DNA of 64,000 bases, taken from contig JBGTGT010000073.1 of the NCBI GenBank assembly GCA_041746575.1, positions 1-64,000 of the forward strand, written 5' to 3'. Within the stretch, counting starts at the first letter, position 1. The number at the start of each line of letters is the position of its first letter. A program made the translations under genes and the position numbers. Positions 1 through 10,269 of the stretch are shown here, in pieces. The stretch comes from Microcystaceae cyanobacterium. Its GTDB lineage: Bacteria; Cyanobacteriota; Cyanobacteriia; Cyanobacteriales; Microcystaceae. The notes under the pieces are model-generated. The model did not search any database. It saw only the letters and a list, made by a program, of their open reading frames with translations, and was not told the origin of the DNA.

Positions 1-22
1 GGAAAGAAAAACAAATTCTTGA

Positions 23-95
23 TTGGGGGACTAGCCCCCCAAACCCCCCAACGGGGGACGGAGTGCCTCCCCCGTACCCCCTGCACAAAAAAATT
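23..95. repeat. GC-rich double-hairpin palindromic element (REP/MITE-like intergenic repeat)
   Basis: Hairpins TTGGGGG-actagc-CCCCCAA (23-42) and ACGGGGGA-cggagtgcc-TCCCCCGT (51-75), each followed by a C-run, in AT-rich DNA. Confidence 0.55.
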
Positions 96-176
96 AAATA
101 AAGAAGGCTCGTAGATTTTTTGAGGGTCGAACTCACGTTAATTATTTCTTTTTAACCGCAAGGCTGACAGTCAAAC

Positions 177-1856
177 ATGGCTAACAAATTTCAAGATTTA
201 CGGCAACGCTTTAGTGATTTAATCGGTCAAGAACCTGCCAAATCTACTCTGCTAGAACAAGGAACAAATCTTCTCAAACAATGGCTAGACAATTATGCCC
301 CCGACTTGCCCAATTGGAGTAAGATTGGCGAATTTAATGGCACGATGATGCAGTATTTTCATTGGTATATTGCGCCAGATGGGAATCATTGGAATCACCT
401 TAAAACAGAATTGCCAAAACTAGCAAAGGCAGGAATTACGGCAGTATGGTTACCCCCTGCTTATAAAGGAGAGGGAGGGAGTAATGAGGTTGGTTATGGG
501 GTTTATGATTTATTTGATTTAGGAGAATTTGATCAAAAGGGATCGATTCGCACTAAATACGGCACAAAAGATGAATTAGTTGCGGCGGTTAAAGTGGCAA
601 AAGAAAAAGGGGTTCAAGTCTATGCTGATATTGTTTTTAATCACAAAATGGGAGGAGATAAACCAGAAGAAGTTGAGGCATTTCCCGTAGATTGGGAGGA
701 TCGAAATCAGGCGATTGGAGATGTGCGAACAATTCAAGCTTGGACACATTATACTTTCCCCGGTAGAGGTGATCGCTATTCAAGTATGGAATGGCATTGG
801 TGGCATTTTGATGCGGTGGATTACGATGGTTACAACCCCGATTACCTGCAAATTTATCAGTTTAAAGGCAAAAATTTTGACCCGTTTGTGGAATTAGAAA
901 AGGGCAATTACGATTACCTGATGGGATGTGATTTGGATATGGAACATGAAGAAGTTAAGGGAGAATTAAAATATTGGGGGGAATGGTTTATGGATACGGT
1001 GGGTGTAGATGGATTTCGCTTTGATGCCATTAAACATGTTAGTGCCAATTTTTTTAATGAATGGTTAGATCATATGGAAAATTATGCTCAACGGGATTTA
1101 TTTGCGCTTGGGGAATATTGGAGTCCTAATCTAGATGCGTTGAGTTGGTATATTGGGCAAGCAAGTGGGAAGATGAACCTCTTTGATGTACCGCTTCATT
1201 ACAATTTTTCAATTGCCAGTAAGATAGGAGGGTCTTATGATATGCGAGGGATTTTAGATAATACTTTAATGGCGAATCTTCCCCTCTTCGCAGTAACCTT
1301 TGTTTCTAATCATGATTCTCAACCGTTACAAGCTTTAGAATCGGTGGTTGAGCCGTGGTTTAAACCCCTTGCCTACGCTATTATTCTCTTACGAGAGCAG
1401 GGTTATCCCTGTATTTTTTATGCCGATTATTATGGGGCAAATTATCGAGATCAGGGTCGAGACGGCAACGAATACGAAATTTGGCTGGATTCTCATCAAT
1501 GGATCATTAATCGTTTCTTATTTGCCCGCAAAAACTATGCGTATGGAGATCAATATGATTATTTTGATCATCCTAATATTATCGGATGGACGCGCTTAGG
1601 TAGTAAAGAACATCCCGCCGCAATGGCGGTTATTTTGAGCAATGGGGAAGGGGGTAGCAAATGGATGGAAGTGGGTAAACCGAACGCTACCTTTTATGAT
1701 GTCACCGAGCATATCAAGGAGCCGATTCAAACCAATGATGACGGATGGGGGGAGTTTCGCTGTAATGGGGGTTCTGTTTCGGTTTGGGTGGAACGACAAA
1801 GCTTAAAATCGTTGTTATCCCAATTGCTTGAACCCTTAGGGTTAGATTTGGGTTAG
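177..1856 (+). CDS. Alpha-amylase, GH13 (AmyA/liquefying type)
   Basis: GTMMQYFHWY, VWLPPAYKG, YADIVFNHK, DGFRFDAIKH (nucleophile), GEYW and FVSNHD GH13 regions; ~50-aa N-terminal extension. Confidence 0.95.
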   Translation: MANKFQDLRQRFSDLIGQEPAKSTLLEQGTNLLKQWLDNYAPDLPNWSKIGEFNGTMMQYFHWYIAPDGNHWNHLKTELPKLAKAGITAVWLPPAYKGEGGSNEVGYGVYDLFDLGEFDQKGSIRTKYGTKDELVAAVKVAKEKGVQVYADIVFNHKMGGDKPEEVEAFPVDWEDRNQAIGDVRTIQAWTHYTFPGRGDRYSSMEWHWWHFDAVDYDGYNPDYLQIYQFKGKNFDPFVELEKGNYDYLMGCDLDMEHEEVKGELKYWGEWFMDTVGVDGFRFDAIKHVSANFFNEWLDHMENYAQRDLFALGEYWSPNLDALSWYIGQASGKMNLFDVPLHYNFSIASKIGGSYDMRGILDNTLMANLPLFAVTFVSNHDSQPLQALESVVEPWFKPLAYAIILLREQGYPCIFYADYYGANYRDQGRDGNEYEIWLDSHQWIINRFLFARKNYAYGDQYDYFDHPNIIGWTRLGSKEHPAAMAVILSNGEGGSKWMEVGKPNATFYDVTEHIKEPIQTNDDGWGEFRCNGGSVSVWVERQSLKSLLSQLLEPLGLDLG

Positions 1857-1881
1857 TTATCTTTAAGGGGGGGCAATAAGG

Positions 1882-3228
1882 TTAAAACTTCTGACCTAAA
1901 ATGAGATCTGACCACCAAATATTGTCTCCCCTCGTTACATCGGTGCCATATTGAGGAATAATGCCATAACGTGTTCCCCAAGAATGGCCGAGTTGGGTAC
2001 TAATTTTGTCATAGAAATAGTCTAAATCGAATCCTCTTGGATCGCAATGATTGCCAATTCCCTCGTCTAGGAGAAAATGAGTCGTAATTTCAGGAAAGAC
2101 TCCGGCTTGTAAGGCGGCGTATAAGTAAGCTAACGTTAATCCATCGTACTGCGCTTCTGTATAAAGGGGTTCACCATCTTTTTTTAAGGAAACCACTTGA
2201 TCCTTGCTGACTTTAGCATAATCAGGGGCATAATTATTATACTGCTTAACTTGAGCATCAGTTATAAAACAATGTGAACCAGTATATTGAACTAATTCTA
2301 CGTTAACTGAAGTAAAAACTCTTTGGCGACCCACTTTAAGAGCAGGATAAACTTTTTGACAGACTTGAGTTAGATTGGCTTTTTTATCAGGAGATTTAGC
2401 TAAATCTTTACCCTTCAATACATCGTGACACACTTGAGTCATACCCCAAAGTCCCATACTTTTCGCACCGTCAAGTTGATTAGCGTAGTTACGACGCATT
2501 TGATTAAATTCACTTTCTGAGCGGCTATTGAGCCAAATATTTGCCCCTTTTATTAAAGGTTCTTTATTTATGTTTAATCCCTCAGCCACTTTTGCAAAGA
2601 CTTCATTTCTGGCTAATTCGGAAATTGATTGATAGACATGACGAACCTGCTGATTTCGTTCTTTTTCAGGTAAGATATCTAAAGCTTTTTCGTAAGCTAA
2701 GGCAGTAGGACGACGAATCTCAAAAAAATGAGCACGAGTGACAATTGGCTCTCCATCTCTGGCGACATAGGCGGCAATGCCATCACCAAAGGGTCCGTTA
2801 TTTTTTTTCTGTTGATGATAAATGGTATCCTTTGCTAATAATCCGGCAGTATCATGGAGAATAAAAAGAGGGAGTTGTTCAAAAAGAGGAAATTTATTAT
2901 TTACAGGCGCATTCGGTAATATTTCTCTAATTCTTTCTTTTTCTTCTTGTGTTAGAGGACGTCCGACAGGGCTCTCTGCAGATACCTGAAAAGACGAAGG
3001 ATTTGATGTCAGGGCGGGGAAAAACAGAGATTCAGGCGATTTTGCGGGATTAGGGGGAGGGGGAGAGATTTTTGCAGTCTTTTGATTCAAAATGAAAAAC
3101 TCTAAAAATACGATAAGAATCGCAGTTAATAAGAGAATTTTGCTAAAAGGATGCTTAAAAATCCGTTTTCGTCTAAACCAAGACACTGAAGATTGAAACC
3201 AATTTCTTAAACTAAGGTGCAGTATCAT
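1882..3228 (-). CDS. Membrane-anchored protein with Amidase_2-like (N-acetylmuramoyl-L-alanine amidase) motifs and a large insertion
   Basis: N-terminal TM helix and Pro-rich linker; FILHDT, VNVELVQ, YTEAQYDGL, ITTH and HCDP motifs in Amidase_2 order. Confidence 0.6.
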   Translation of the reverse strand: MILHLSLRNWFQSSVSWFRRKRIFKHPFSKILLLTAILIVFLEFFILNQKTAKISPPPPNPAKSPESLFFPALTSNPSSFQVSAESPVGRPLTQEEKERIREILPNAPVNNKFPLFEQLPLFILHDTAGLLAKDTIYHQQKKNNGPFGDGIAAYVARDGEPIVTRAHFFEIRRPTALAYEKALDILPEKERNQQVRHVYQSISELARNEVFAKVAEGLNINKEPLIKGANIWLNSRSESEFNQMRRNYANQLDGAKSMGLWGMTQVCHDVLKGKDLAKSPDKKANLTQVCQKVYPALKVGRQRVFTSVNVELVQYTGSHCFITDAQVKQYNNYAPDYAKVSKDQVVSLKKDGEPLYTEAQYDGLTLAYLYAALQAGVFPEITTHFLLDEGIGNHCDPRGFDLDYFYDKISTQLGHSWGTRYGIIPQYGTDVTRGDNIWWSDLILGQKF

Positions 3229-3384
3229 GTCAAGAAATGTTGAATTTTCAAGAATAAATCCTATTTTGTCCCTGAATTATAAAGGATAAATTTTGAATAA
3301 GCAAAGAGACTTTGTTAAATGAGTACATATCATCAATTAGATCATAAAAAGTTGGGAAAGTTAACTCATCACTTGGATAGCTAT

Positions 3385-3852
3385 TTACTGCTTATTGCTT
3401 ACTGATTCCAGTTTTCGCCACAAAATTAAAGCATCTTCTCCTGTTGCTTGGTAATAACCTTTTCTGATTCCAGCCGTTTTAAAGCCAAATTTTTGGTATA
3501 AATGTAAGGCAATGGTATTTGAATCCCTCACTTCTAAGGTCGCTCGTTCTAGCTTACGATTGTTTGCTTCTTTTAATAAAGCATCTAGTAATAATTGTCC
3601 GAATCCTTGTCCTTGAAAATCAGGATGTATCATTAATAAGGTAATGTGCGCTTCTTCTAAGATTGCCCAAAAACATCCCAATCCAATTATTCTTTCCTTA
3701 TTTAAAAATGCCCCTAATAAAAAGCTATTGGGACTGTTTAATTCCCGCTGATATCCTGCTTTTGTCCAAAGACCCCCTAAGCAAATTTTATCAAGTTCAA
3801 CCACTTGATCTAAATGTTTTTCTTTAAGAGATTTAAGATAGATTGGAGACAT
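3385..3852 (-). CDS. rimI: Ribosomal-protein-alanine N-acetyltransferase (GNAT)
   Basis: EEAHIT, FQGQGFG acetyl-CoA motif, TLEVRDSN, LYQKFGF, RKGYY, EDA. Confidence 0.92.
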   Translation of the reverse strand: MSPIYLKSLKEKHLDQVVELDKICLGGLWTKAGYQRELNSPNSFLLGAFLNKERIIGLGCFWAILEEAHITLLMIHPDFQGQGFGQLLLDALLKEANNRKLERATLEVRDSNTIALHLYQKFGFKTAGIRKGYYQATGEDALILWRKLESVSNKQ

Positions 3853-3893
3853 ATAACAGTAATTGGTAAACAGGGACTGAACGCTGAGTTCTA

Positions 3894-5030
3894 TTAACTA
3901 TTATAAGGAAGAGAAGCTATTTGATGATAATTCCCCTGAGTATGTAGAGCGATCGCTATTTCATCATTATTCTTGCGTAATCCCTCGTAGAAAAAAAAGA
4001 CCTGTCCGCTCAAACCATTTTCACGATTAAATTGTACGCATTTTATAATATCATTTGAAGATAACCGAATTCCATTGGCTGTTAACGCAATACCGGGAGC
4101 AAATTTAGTCCGTTGGGAAGGAGAAAACGTTGCTTTAATTCGCTCAACTTCGGGTTTATATTTACTGCGATTAAAGGTATTAAAACTTTCTCGATAGAGT
4201 TGGGGATGAAGAAAATCGACTAAATTCTTCTCTATCCAAGTATTAGAATCCTGCATTAAATTACTCAAACAAAAAGGAAAAGAAGCTGAAGAAATCGAAA
4301 CGATTAAATTGGAGTTTACCTTTTTAACTTCCTTGAAAAGTCTTGCTAAAAACTGTGTTAAGATATCTGCTCGAAATTGAACCCATTGTTTTTCTTTTTC
4401 TTGAGAAGGGGGTTCCCTACCAAGAATCTCTTTAAATTGATTTTTCGTCTTTATGTCATACCCTCCTGTAAAGGGAAGTGCCGGTAAACGATCATCTCCT
4501 TGAATGCCATCTACTTCATAGTTTTTAACGACTTCTAAGATTAGCTCCAACATAAATTGTTGCACATCTAAATCTAAAGAATTCATCCAAGTTAATCCCC
4601 CTTGTCTAACGTTATTCCCCTTTTTATCCAACGCAGACCATTGAGGATTTTGTTGTAAAATATGACCACCATTCATTGCAGGAGAAGCCGCAAAACCATA
4701 TTCAAACCAAGGAATAACTGCTAAATTTCTCGCGCTTGCTTGAATAACAATTTCTCTTAAAGGGTCAAAGTTCGTATTATGATAAAAAGGATCTTGTATC
4801 GGAAAGTTATAATTTCCCATTACTTGACTTGGAAAAGCCGTGAATCCTCGATTCCAAACCGCAGGAAAAACGCTATTAAATCCTTTTTCTTGTAAAAAAT
4901 CTAATGCTTGAATAATTTGATTTTTAGACGTTAAAACGGTACTATGGGAATAATCAGCAAGCCAAACTCCTCGAATTTCTGGAAGGAGAGTAACGTCAGA
5001 AACAGAGTTAATAAAATTAAAGAATTTCAT
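3894..5030 (-). CDS. Glycoside hydrolase-like 10 (GHL10/DUF187) protein
   Basis: EIRGVW, FNSVFPAVWNRG, PWFEYG, YEVDGIQGDD motifs. Confidence 0.85.
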   Translation of the reverse strand: MKFFNFINSVSDVTLLPEIRGVWLADYSHSTVLTSKNQIIQALDFLQEKGFNSVFPAVWNRGFTAFPSQVMGNYNFPIQDPFYHNTNFDPLREIVIQASARNLAVIPWFEYGFAASPAMNGGHILQQNPQWSALDKKGNNVRQGGLTWMNSLDLDVQQFMLELILEVVKNYEVDGIQGDDRLPALPFTGGYDIKTKNQFKEILGREPPSQEKEKQWVQFRADILTQFLARLFKEVKKVNSNLIVSISSASFPFCLSNLMQDSNTWIEKNLVDFLHPQLYRESFNTFNRSKYKPEVERIKATFSPSQRTKFAPGIALTANGIRLSSNDIIKCVQFNRENGLSGQVFFFYEGLRKNNDEIAIALHTQGNYHQIASLPYNS

Positions 5031-5074
5031 GACTAATCCTTAATCGATTAACGCCTAACTTCGATTTTGAAAAA

Positions 5075-5959
5075 CTATAAAAGCAATTTTTTGCGGCTTT
5101 TCTGAACAAGTTCGCGAAACTCAAGTATTTTTTCTTTATAAACTTTATCTCCCACAGATGATAGGTTATTATGACCCGCCAAAGGAATAAAATGACGTTG
5201 TTTTGGCACATCCGCTTGATCATAAAGCATTTGACTCATCGAGCAGGGAATCGTTCGATCTTCCATGCCATGAATTAAATATAAAGGAACTTGTAATAAA
5301 CGCAATTTCGACAAAGAGTCAAAACGTTGCTGTAAAATCCAACGAATGGGAAAGAAACGATACATTTTTCTCAATTCTACAACCTTTTGCATCGAAGTAA
5401 AGCTACTTTCCATAATGACACCGGCCGCATTGGGTTTCCGCACAGCTAAATCAAGGGCGATCGCTCCCCCCAAAGAATGACCAAATATAAAAATATTTTC
5501 AGGTTTTACACCTTTTTTATAGATCAAATAGTCCCAGACGGTTTGAGCATCCCGATAGAGTTCTGCTTCTTCAGGAAACTGGCCATCGCTTAAGCCATAG
5601 CCTCGATAATCCACCATTAACACCGAAAACCCTAAGTCTTGAAAAGTTTTAGCAGGAGCTAAATTTGAGCTAATATTGCCGCCATTACCATGAAGATAGA
5701 GTAAAACAGATTGATTTCTGTGCGATCCCTCAATCCACCAACCGTGTAACCGCTCTACTGTCTCTTTTTGGGTTAACATGGGTATCCATACCGTCTCGTA
5801 GGTTAATCCCAGCGTTTCAGGAGTATAGGCAATTCGACGAGAAGGCAAATAAATCAGGCGTTTTTGGACAAATAAAAGGACAATACAAAAAAAACAATAG
5901 AGAACCGTTCCCAGACTCAATCCAGCCAACAGCCACTTTAGCCAAATGCTTGTTATCAT
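5075..5959 (-). CDS. Membrane-anchored alpha/beta hydrolase (ABHD13/Bem46-like)
   Basis: N-terminal TM, LHGNGG, DYRGYG, GHSLGG nucleophile, HGMED, GHNN. Confidence 0.9.
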   Translation of the reverse strand: MITSIWLKWLLAGLSLGTVLYCFFCIVLLFVQKRLIYLPSRRIAYTPETLGLTYETVWIPMLTQKETVERLHGWWIEGSHRNQSVLLYLHGNGGNISSNLAPAKTFQDLGFSVLMVDYRGYGLSDGQFPEEAELYRDAQTVWDYLIYKKGVKPENIFIFGHSLGGAIALDLAVRKPNAAGVIMESSFTSMQKVVELRKMYRFFPIRWILQQRFDSLSKLRLLQVPLYLIHGMEDRTIPCSMSQMLYDQADVPKQRHFIPLAGHNNLSSVGDKVYKEKILEFRELVQKSRKKLLL

Positions 5960-6070
5960 TATTTGAACGTCCTTCCTTTTGTTAATCCGTGTGCTTAAAG
6001 TATGTAGTCGCTCCCAAAACAGAGAGTGTTCCCCTTTCTTCAGGTGACAAATCTTAAGATTTATTTTATC

Positions 6071-7519
6071 TTACTGTAACGAAGGCATTTGTTCGTGCCA
6101 ATTGTTAGCCTGCTCGTAAGCGTATCCCACTTGAAAAAGAACATCTTCTCGTAAAACATTGCTAATTAACTGCATACCAATGGGTAATCCCAAAGCATCG
6201 AAGCCACAGGGCAGACTCATGCCCGGTAGTCCGGCTAAATTGACAGGAATCGTCATTAAATCTGACAAATACATGGTGAGAGGGTCATCTGTTTTTTCCC
6301 CTGCCTTAAAAGCAGTTGTCGGCGTCGTCGGACATACTAAGACATCCACCTCTTCAAAAGCCGTTTCAAAATCTTGCTTAATCAACGTGCGTACCTTTTG
6401 GGCTTTCAGATAATAAGCATCATAGTATCCCGCCGATAGCGCATATGTTCCTAGCATAATCCGACGTTTGACCTCAGAACCAAAGCCTTTAGCACGGGTT
6501 TTTCGGTACATTTCTATTAGGTTGTCTGCTTTTTCCCGAATACCGTATTTAACAGCATCATAGCGAGCAAGGTTGGCTGAGGCTTCCGAAGGCGCAATAA
6601 TGTAATAAGTGGGCAAACCATAGCGAAAACGAGGGCAAGAAATATCCTTAACTGTTGCTCCTAATTTTTCTAACGCTTTCAAGGCAGTTTGAAGGGCTTC
6701 AGCCACTTCTAAACTTAAACCCTCGCCAAAGGTTTCTTGAATGACACCTACTTTGATGCCCTTAAGATCTGTTTTCAGCGATTGGGTATAATCGGGGATT
6801 TTTAGCTTTAAACTGGTAGAATCTTGGGGATCATGCCCCGCGATCGCCTTCAATAGAATAGCCGCGTCTTCAACAGTCCGACTCAGAGGACCGATTTGAT
6901 CTAACGAAGAGGCATAAGCCACCAAGCCAAAACGAGATACTAAGCCATAGGTGGGTTTTAAGCCCACAATTCCGCAAAAAGCGGCAGGTTGACGAATTGA
7001 GCCACCCGTGTCTGATCCTAGCGCAACGACGCATTCATCAGCAGCGACTGCCGCCGCCGAGCCTCCTGATGATCCTCCCGGTACACGAGATAAGTCCCAA
7101 GGATTAGCGGTGACTTGATAACCAGAGGATTCGGTGGAGCTTCCCATTGCAAACTCATCTAAGTTCGTTTTTCCCACCATAATCGCCCCTTGCTCTTTTA
7201 ATTTGCGAGTAACGGTAGATTCGTAAGAGGGGACAAAATTCTCTAAAATTCTTGAGCCACAAGTCGTGGGAATGCCTAGAGTGCAGAGATTATCTTTAAT
7301 GCCGATGGGAATGCCTTCTAATAAGCCAATTTCTTGACCCCTTGCCATTTTTTGATCTACCTGTTGTGCGAAGGATAAGGCAGATTCTGAGGTACAATAG
7401 AGAAAGCTTTTTAGTTTAGGTTCGAGTTTTTCAATACGATTCAGGTATTCTTGCGTAATTTCAACAGCAGAACGTTCTTTTTTAATAATTTGTTCGTGTA
7501 ATTGACGGATCACTGACAT
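6071..7519 (-). CDS. gatA: Asp/Glu-tRNA amidotransferase subunit A
   Basis: [56 protein letters not shown]. Confidence 0.98.
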   Translation of the reverse strand: MSVIRQLHEQIIKKERSAVEITQEYLNRIEKLEPKLKSFLYCTSESALSFAQQVDQKMARGQEIGLLEGIPIGIKDNLCTLGIPTTCGSRILENFVPSYESTVTRKLKEQGAIMVGKTNLDEFAMGSSTESSGYQVTANPWDLSRVPGGSSGGSAAAVAADECVVALGSDTGGSIRQPAAFCGIVGLKPTYGLVSRFGLVAYASSLDQIGPLSRTVEDAAILLKAIAGHDPQDSTSLKLKIPDYTQSLKTDLKGIKVGVIQETFGEGLSLEVAEALQTALKALEKLGATVKDISCPRFRYGLPTYYIIAPSEASANLARYDAVKYGIREKADNLIEMYRKTRAKGFGSEVKRRIMLGTYALSAGYYDAYYLKAQKVRTLIKQDFETAFEEVDVLVCPTTPTTAFKAGEKTDDPLTMYLSDLMTIPVNLAGLPGMSLPCGFDALGLPIGMQLISNVLREDVLFQVGYAYEQANNWHEQMPSLQ

Positions 7520-7595
7520 AATTTTCCTGCAAGGGTGGGATAATCAATCGGCTTTTTTCACTTTATCAGGTTTGCTCGCGAAAATAATCCCCACT

Positions 7596-7623
7596 AAAAA
7601 GAGGCCAAAAAGTGACCTCCTCT
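7596..7623 (-). terminator. Probable intrinsic terminator after apcC
   Basis: GAGGtcac...ggCCTC stem followed by a T-run on the minus strand. Confidence 0.45.
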
Positions 7624-7647
7624 AAATTCACTGAATTCTCGAACAAA

Positions 7648-7851
7648 TCAAGCTAAACCAGTGTTCATTCCGGGCTTACCCGTTGCTAATTGGACTTTGA
7701 TGATTCTACCGCCCATTTTTTGCATCCGTTGCTGTTCTGCAAACCAGTTATCGTAGGGAACTAACTTGGTTACAAAAGTGTTTTGCAGTTCTCTTTGCGT
7801 CCGAATGCGTGTTTGGCTAGGAATACAGGCTGTTACTTTGAACATCCGCAT
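7648..7851 (-). CDS. apcC: Phycobilisome core small linker Lc7.8
   Basis: MRMFKVTACIPSQTRIRTQRELQNTF...; downstream of apcAB. Confidence 0.98.
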   Translation of the reverse strand: MRMFKVTACIPSQTRIRTQRELQNTFVTKLVPYDNWFAEQQRMQKMGGRIIKVQLATGKPGMNTGLA

Positions 7852-8078
7852 GAGTTGAAGGTCTCCTTGAGATAAAAAGTTTGACTACTAAAACGATTTT
7901 TTGATCTAAGAGTAGTATGAAATCTACCCAGATATAGCAAAGGTCGAGAGTCTGAAGTCAATACTAGATCGTCAAAACTCATTTTTAGATTCCCAAAAAT
8001 AAGCCTTTAACCAGCTAGCACTCACTCTGGACTTCTCGAACCTCATTACGGCTACTTGAGTCGCTCAAATTAGCAGTT

Positions 8079-8564
8079 CTAGCTTAAGCCATTGCCAATG
8101 TAGTCGAAGTAAACACCCATCTCTTTGCCGGCATCAGCACCGACGAGGCTGGCAGTGACTTCTTTCATTGCTTGAATCGCTTGCACGGTAGAACCGATGG
8201 GAACACCTAACGAGTTGTAGGTTTCTTTTAAGCCATTGAGAACCCGCTCATCTAAGATGGAGGGATCGCCCGCTAACATGGCATAGGTAGCATAGCGGAG
8301 ATAATAATCGAGATCACGAATGCAAGCTGCATAACGACGGGTGGTGTACATATTTCCACCGGGACGGGTTACATCAGAATAAAGAAGAGATTTGGCAACC
8401 GCTTCTTTGACGATGGTGGCTGCGTTAGTACTGATCACGCTAGCAGCACGAACTCGTAATTCGCCCGTAGCAAAGTAGGACTTCAATTTGTCCATTGCCG
8501 ATCCGTCAAGGTATTTTCCTTGAACGTCAGCAGAATTGATAACAGAGGTAATTGCGTCTTGCAT
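8079..8564 (-). CDS. apcB: Allophycocyanin beta subunit
   Basis: [36 protein letters not shown]. Confidence 0.99.
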   Translation of the reverse strand: MQDAITSVINSADVQGKYLDGSAMDKLKSYFATGELRVRAASVISTNAATIVKEAVAKSLLYSDVTRPGGNMYTTRRYAACIRDLDYYLRYATYAMLAGDPSILDERVLNGLKETYNSLGVPIGSTVQAIQAMKEVTASLVGADAGKEMGVYFDYIGNGLS

Positions 8565-8649
8565 GGTCTTGTTTCCTTAATGATGCTTTATTTGAAACTT
8601 CCGGCAAATTAATGAAGATTAAGGGGAAAATCGAGAATAATGCCTAAGA

Positions 8650-9135
8650 TTAGGACATTGCTCCGGTAACATAGTCGAAGTAAGAACCCGCTTCAGCTGC
8701 ATCATCGGCAGACATTAAGCCCGTTGCCACTTCTTTCATTTCCTTAACACTTTGAGCAACTGCTCCTGTGTCAGTTCCCAAAGATTTGTACATTTCCCGT
8801 ACACCGACTAAACCGATTTCTTCAATGGGAGTCACATCACCGGCAACGACACCATAGGTAATCAGACGGAGATAGTAATCCATGTCCCGCAGACAGGTGG
8901 CAGTCATTTCTTCGCCATAAGCATTTCCACCGGGGGAAACGATATCAGGGCGTTTTTGGAATAAGCGATCGCCAGCTTGTTTAACAATGCTTTCTCGCGC
9001 ACCGGTTAAGGTTTCGGCAATACGTAAACGAGCTGCAGCACTGGTGACAAAGGATTTGATTCTGTCTAATTCACCGGGGCTCAGGTAACGAGCTTCCGCA
9101 TCAGCATTCACGATTGATTTCGTGACGATACTCAT
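8650..9135 (-). CDS. apcA: Allophycocyanin alpha subunit
   Basis: [40 protein letters not shown]. Confidence 0.99.
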   Translation of the reverse strand: MSIVTKSIVNADAEARYLSPGELDRIKSFVTSAAARLRIAETLTGARESIVKQAGDRLFQKRPDIVSPGGNAYGEEMTATCLRDMDYYLRLITYGVVAGDVTPIEEIGLVGVREMYKSLGTDTGAVAQSVKEMKEVATGLMSADDAAEAGSYFDYVTGAMS

Positions 9136-9390
9136 CGATGGATTCCTCCCAAAACAATGAAAGTGAGATGTAGTTAACTTGACATCTTAAAACAAAATGG
9201 GTTGCTTTTAAGCGTCAATATCAAATTTTTCTTGATAGACATCCTATCGAATCATCCCACAGAGGGGGTGGTTCTCTAGGGTTGGGATATTGTTCCACGG
9301 GTTTAGTGACTCAAACCCTTGGTTTTCCCTTTGGCTATACAGCAACCTGACCCAACTATTTTCAGGCATGACGTTCCCTTTCGTTAGATT

Positions 9391-9410
9391 GTCTTAACAG
9401 TTTTTAACAT
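9391..9410 (-). promoter_or_regulatory. HLR1-like (RpaB) direct repeat upstream of apcA
   Basis: Minus strand GTTAAAAA-ct-GTTAAGAC resembles the (G/T)TTACA(T/A)(T/A)-N2 repeat; apc promoters are known RpaB targets. Confidence 0.5.
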
Positions 9411-9418
9411 TCTTCCTC

Positions 9419-9450
9419 AGACTTCTTGGAGACTTCTTGGAGACTTCTTG
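9419..9450 (+). repeat. 11-bp tandem repeat (AGACTTCTTGG x~3)
   Basis: agacttcttgg agacttcttgg agacttcttg, read directly. Confidence 0.9.
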
Positions 9451-9516
9451 AGGAAAATCTAAAAAATTAGCAAAACACTTGATCTTTTCTGCACGATAAT
9501 GATTTAATAAATATTT

Positions 9517-9553
9517 TAGTATTTCTGTTCTAAATAATAGAACGAATGAACTA
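9517..9553. promoter_or_regulatory. Two LexA boxes immediately upstream of lexA
   Basis: TAGTATTTCTGTTCTA (9517-9532) and TAGAACGAATGAACTA (9538-9553) resemble the cyanobacterial AGTAC-N4-GTTCT-type box. Confidence 0.7.
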
Positions 9554-9556
9554 CTC

Positions 9557-10162
9557 ATGGAAACCTTAACGAAAGCCCAAAAAGAACTCTATGATTGGCT
9601 CTTAGAGTACATTGACACAACACAACACGCTCCTTCGATTCGTCAAATGATGAAGGCAATGAACTTGCGATCGCCTGCCCCCATTCAAAGTCGTTTAGAG
9701 CGATTACGGTCGAAGGGGTATATCGACTGGTCGGAGGGAAAAGCACGCACCATTCGGATTTTGCATCGTCCCCCGGCTGGTGTTCCGATTCATGGTGCCA
9801 TTGCGGCTGGGGGTTTAGTCGAACCTTTTAACGATGTCCAAGACCGCCTTGATCTCACGCAAATGATGAAACAGCCGAATCATTATGCGTTACGGGTTAC
9901 TGGAGACAGCATGATTGACGATCTGATTGCAGATGGCGATTTTGCGATTATGCGTGCCAAAGATCCTGATGAAACCCTCGAAAAAGGAGAAATTGTGGCG
10001 GCCAGAGTTCCCGGTCACGGCACAACCTTAAAGCGATTGTACCAAGAAGGGGATAAAGTCACCCTTAAACCATCCAATCGTGCTTATGAACCCATCGAAG
10101 TTGAAGCAAGTCAAGTCGAGGTTCAAGGGATTTTGGTAGGGGTTTGGCGAGGCTATTCGTAA
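9557..10162 (+). CDS. lexA: LexA repressor
   Basis: HTH with PSIRQM/SPAPIQSRL/GKARTI; Ala-Gly site (IAAGG), catalytic Ser (GDSM) and Lys (TLKR). Confidence 0.97.
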   Translation: METLTKAQKELYDWLLEYIDTTQHAPSIRQMMKAMNLRSPAPIQSRLERLRSKGYIDWSEGKARTIRILHRPPAGVPIHGAIAAGGLVEPFNDVQDRLDLTQMMKQPNHYALRVTGDSMIDDLIADGDFAIMRAKDPDETLEKGEIVAARVPGHGTTLKRLYQEGDKVTLKPSNRAYEPIEVEASQVEVQGILVGVWRGYS

Positions 10163-10205
10163 TCCGTTAATTTCGGACTTTAATAATAAGCGCAAGTGAT
10201 AAATG

Positions 10206-10236
10206 AGGGAGAGTAAATCGTTACTTTCCCCTTTTT
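10206..10236. terminator. Intrinsic terminator between lexA and the convergent gene
   Basis: AGGGGAGAGTAA-atcg-TTACTTTCCCCT followed by a T-run. Confidence 0.7.
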
Positions 10237-10269
10237 ATTAATGCTTGAGGAATTAAGCAAAATTTTAGA

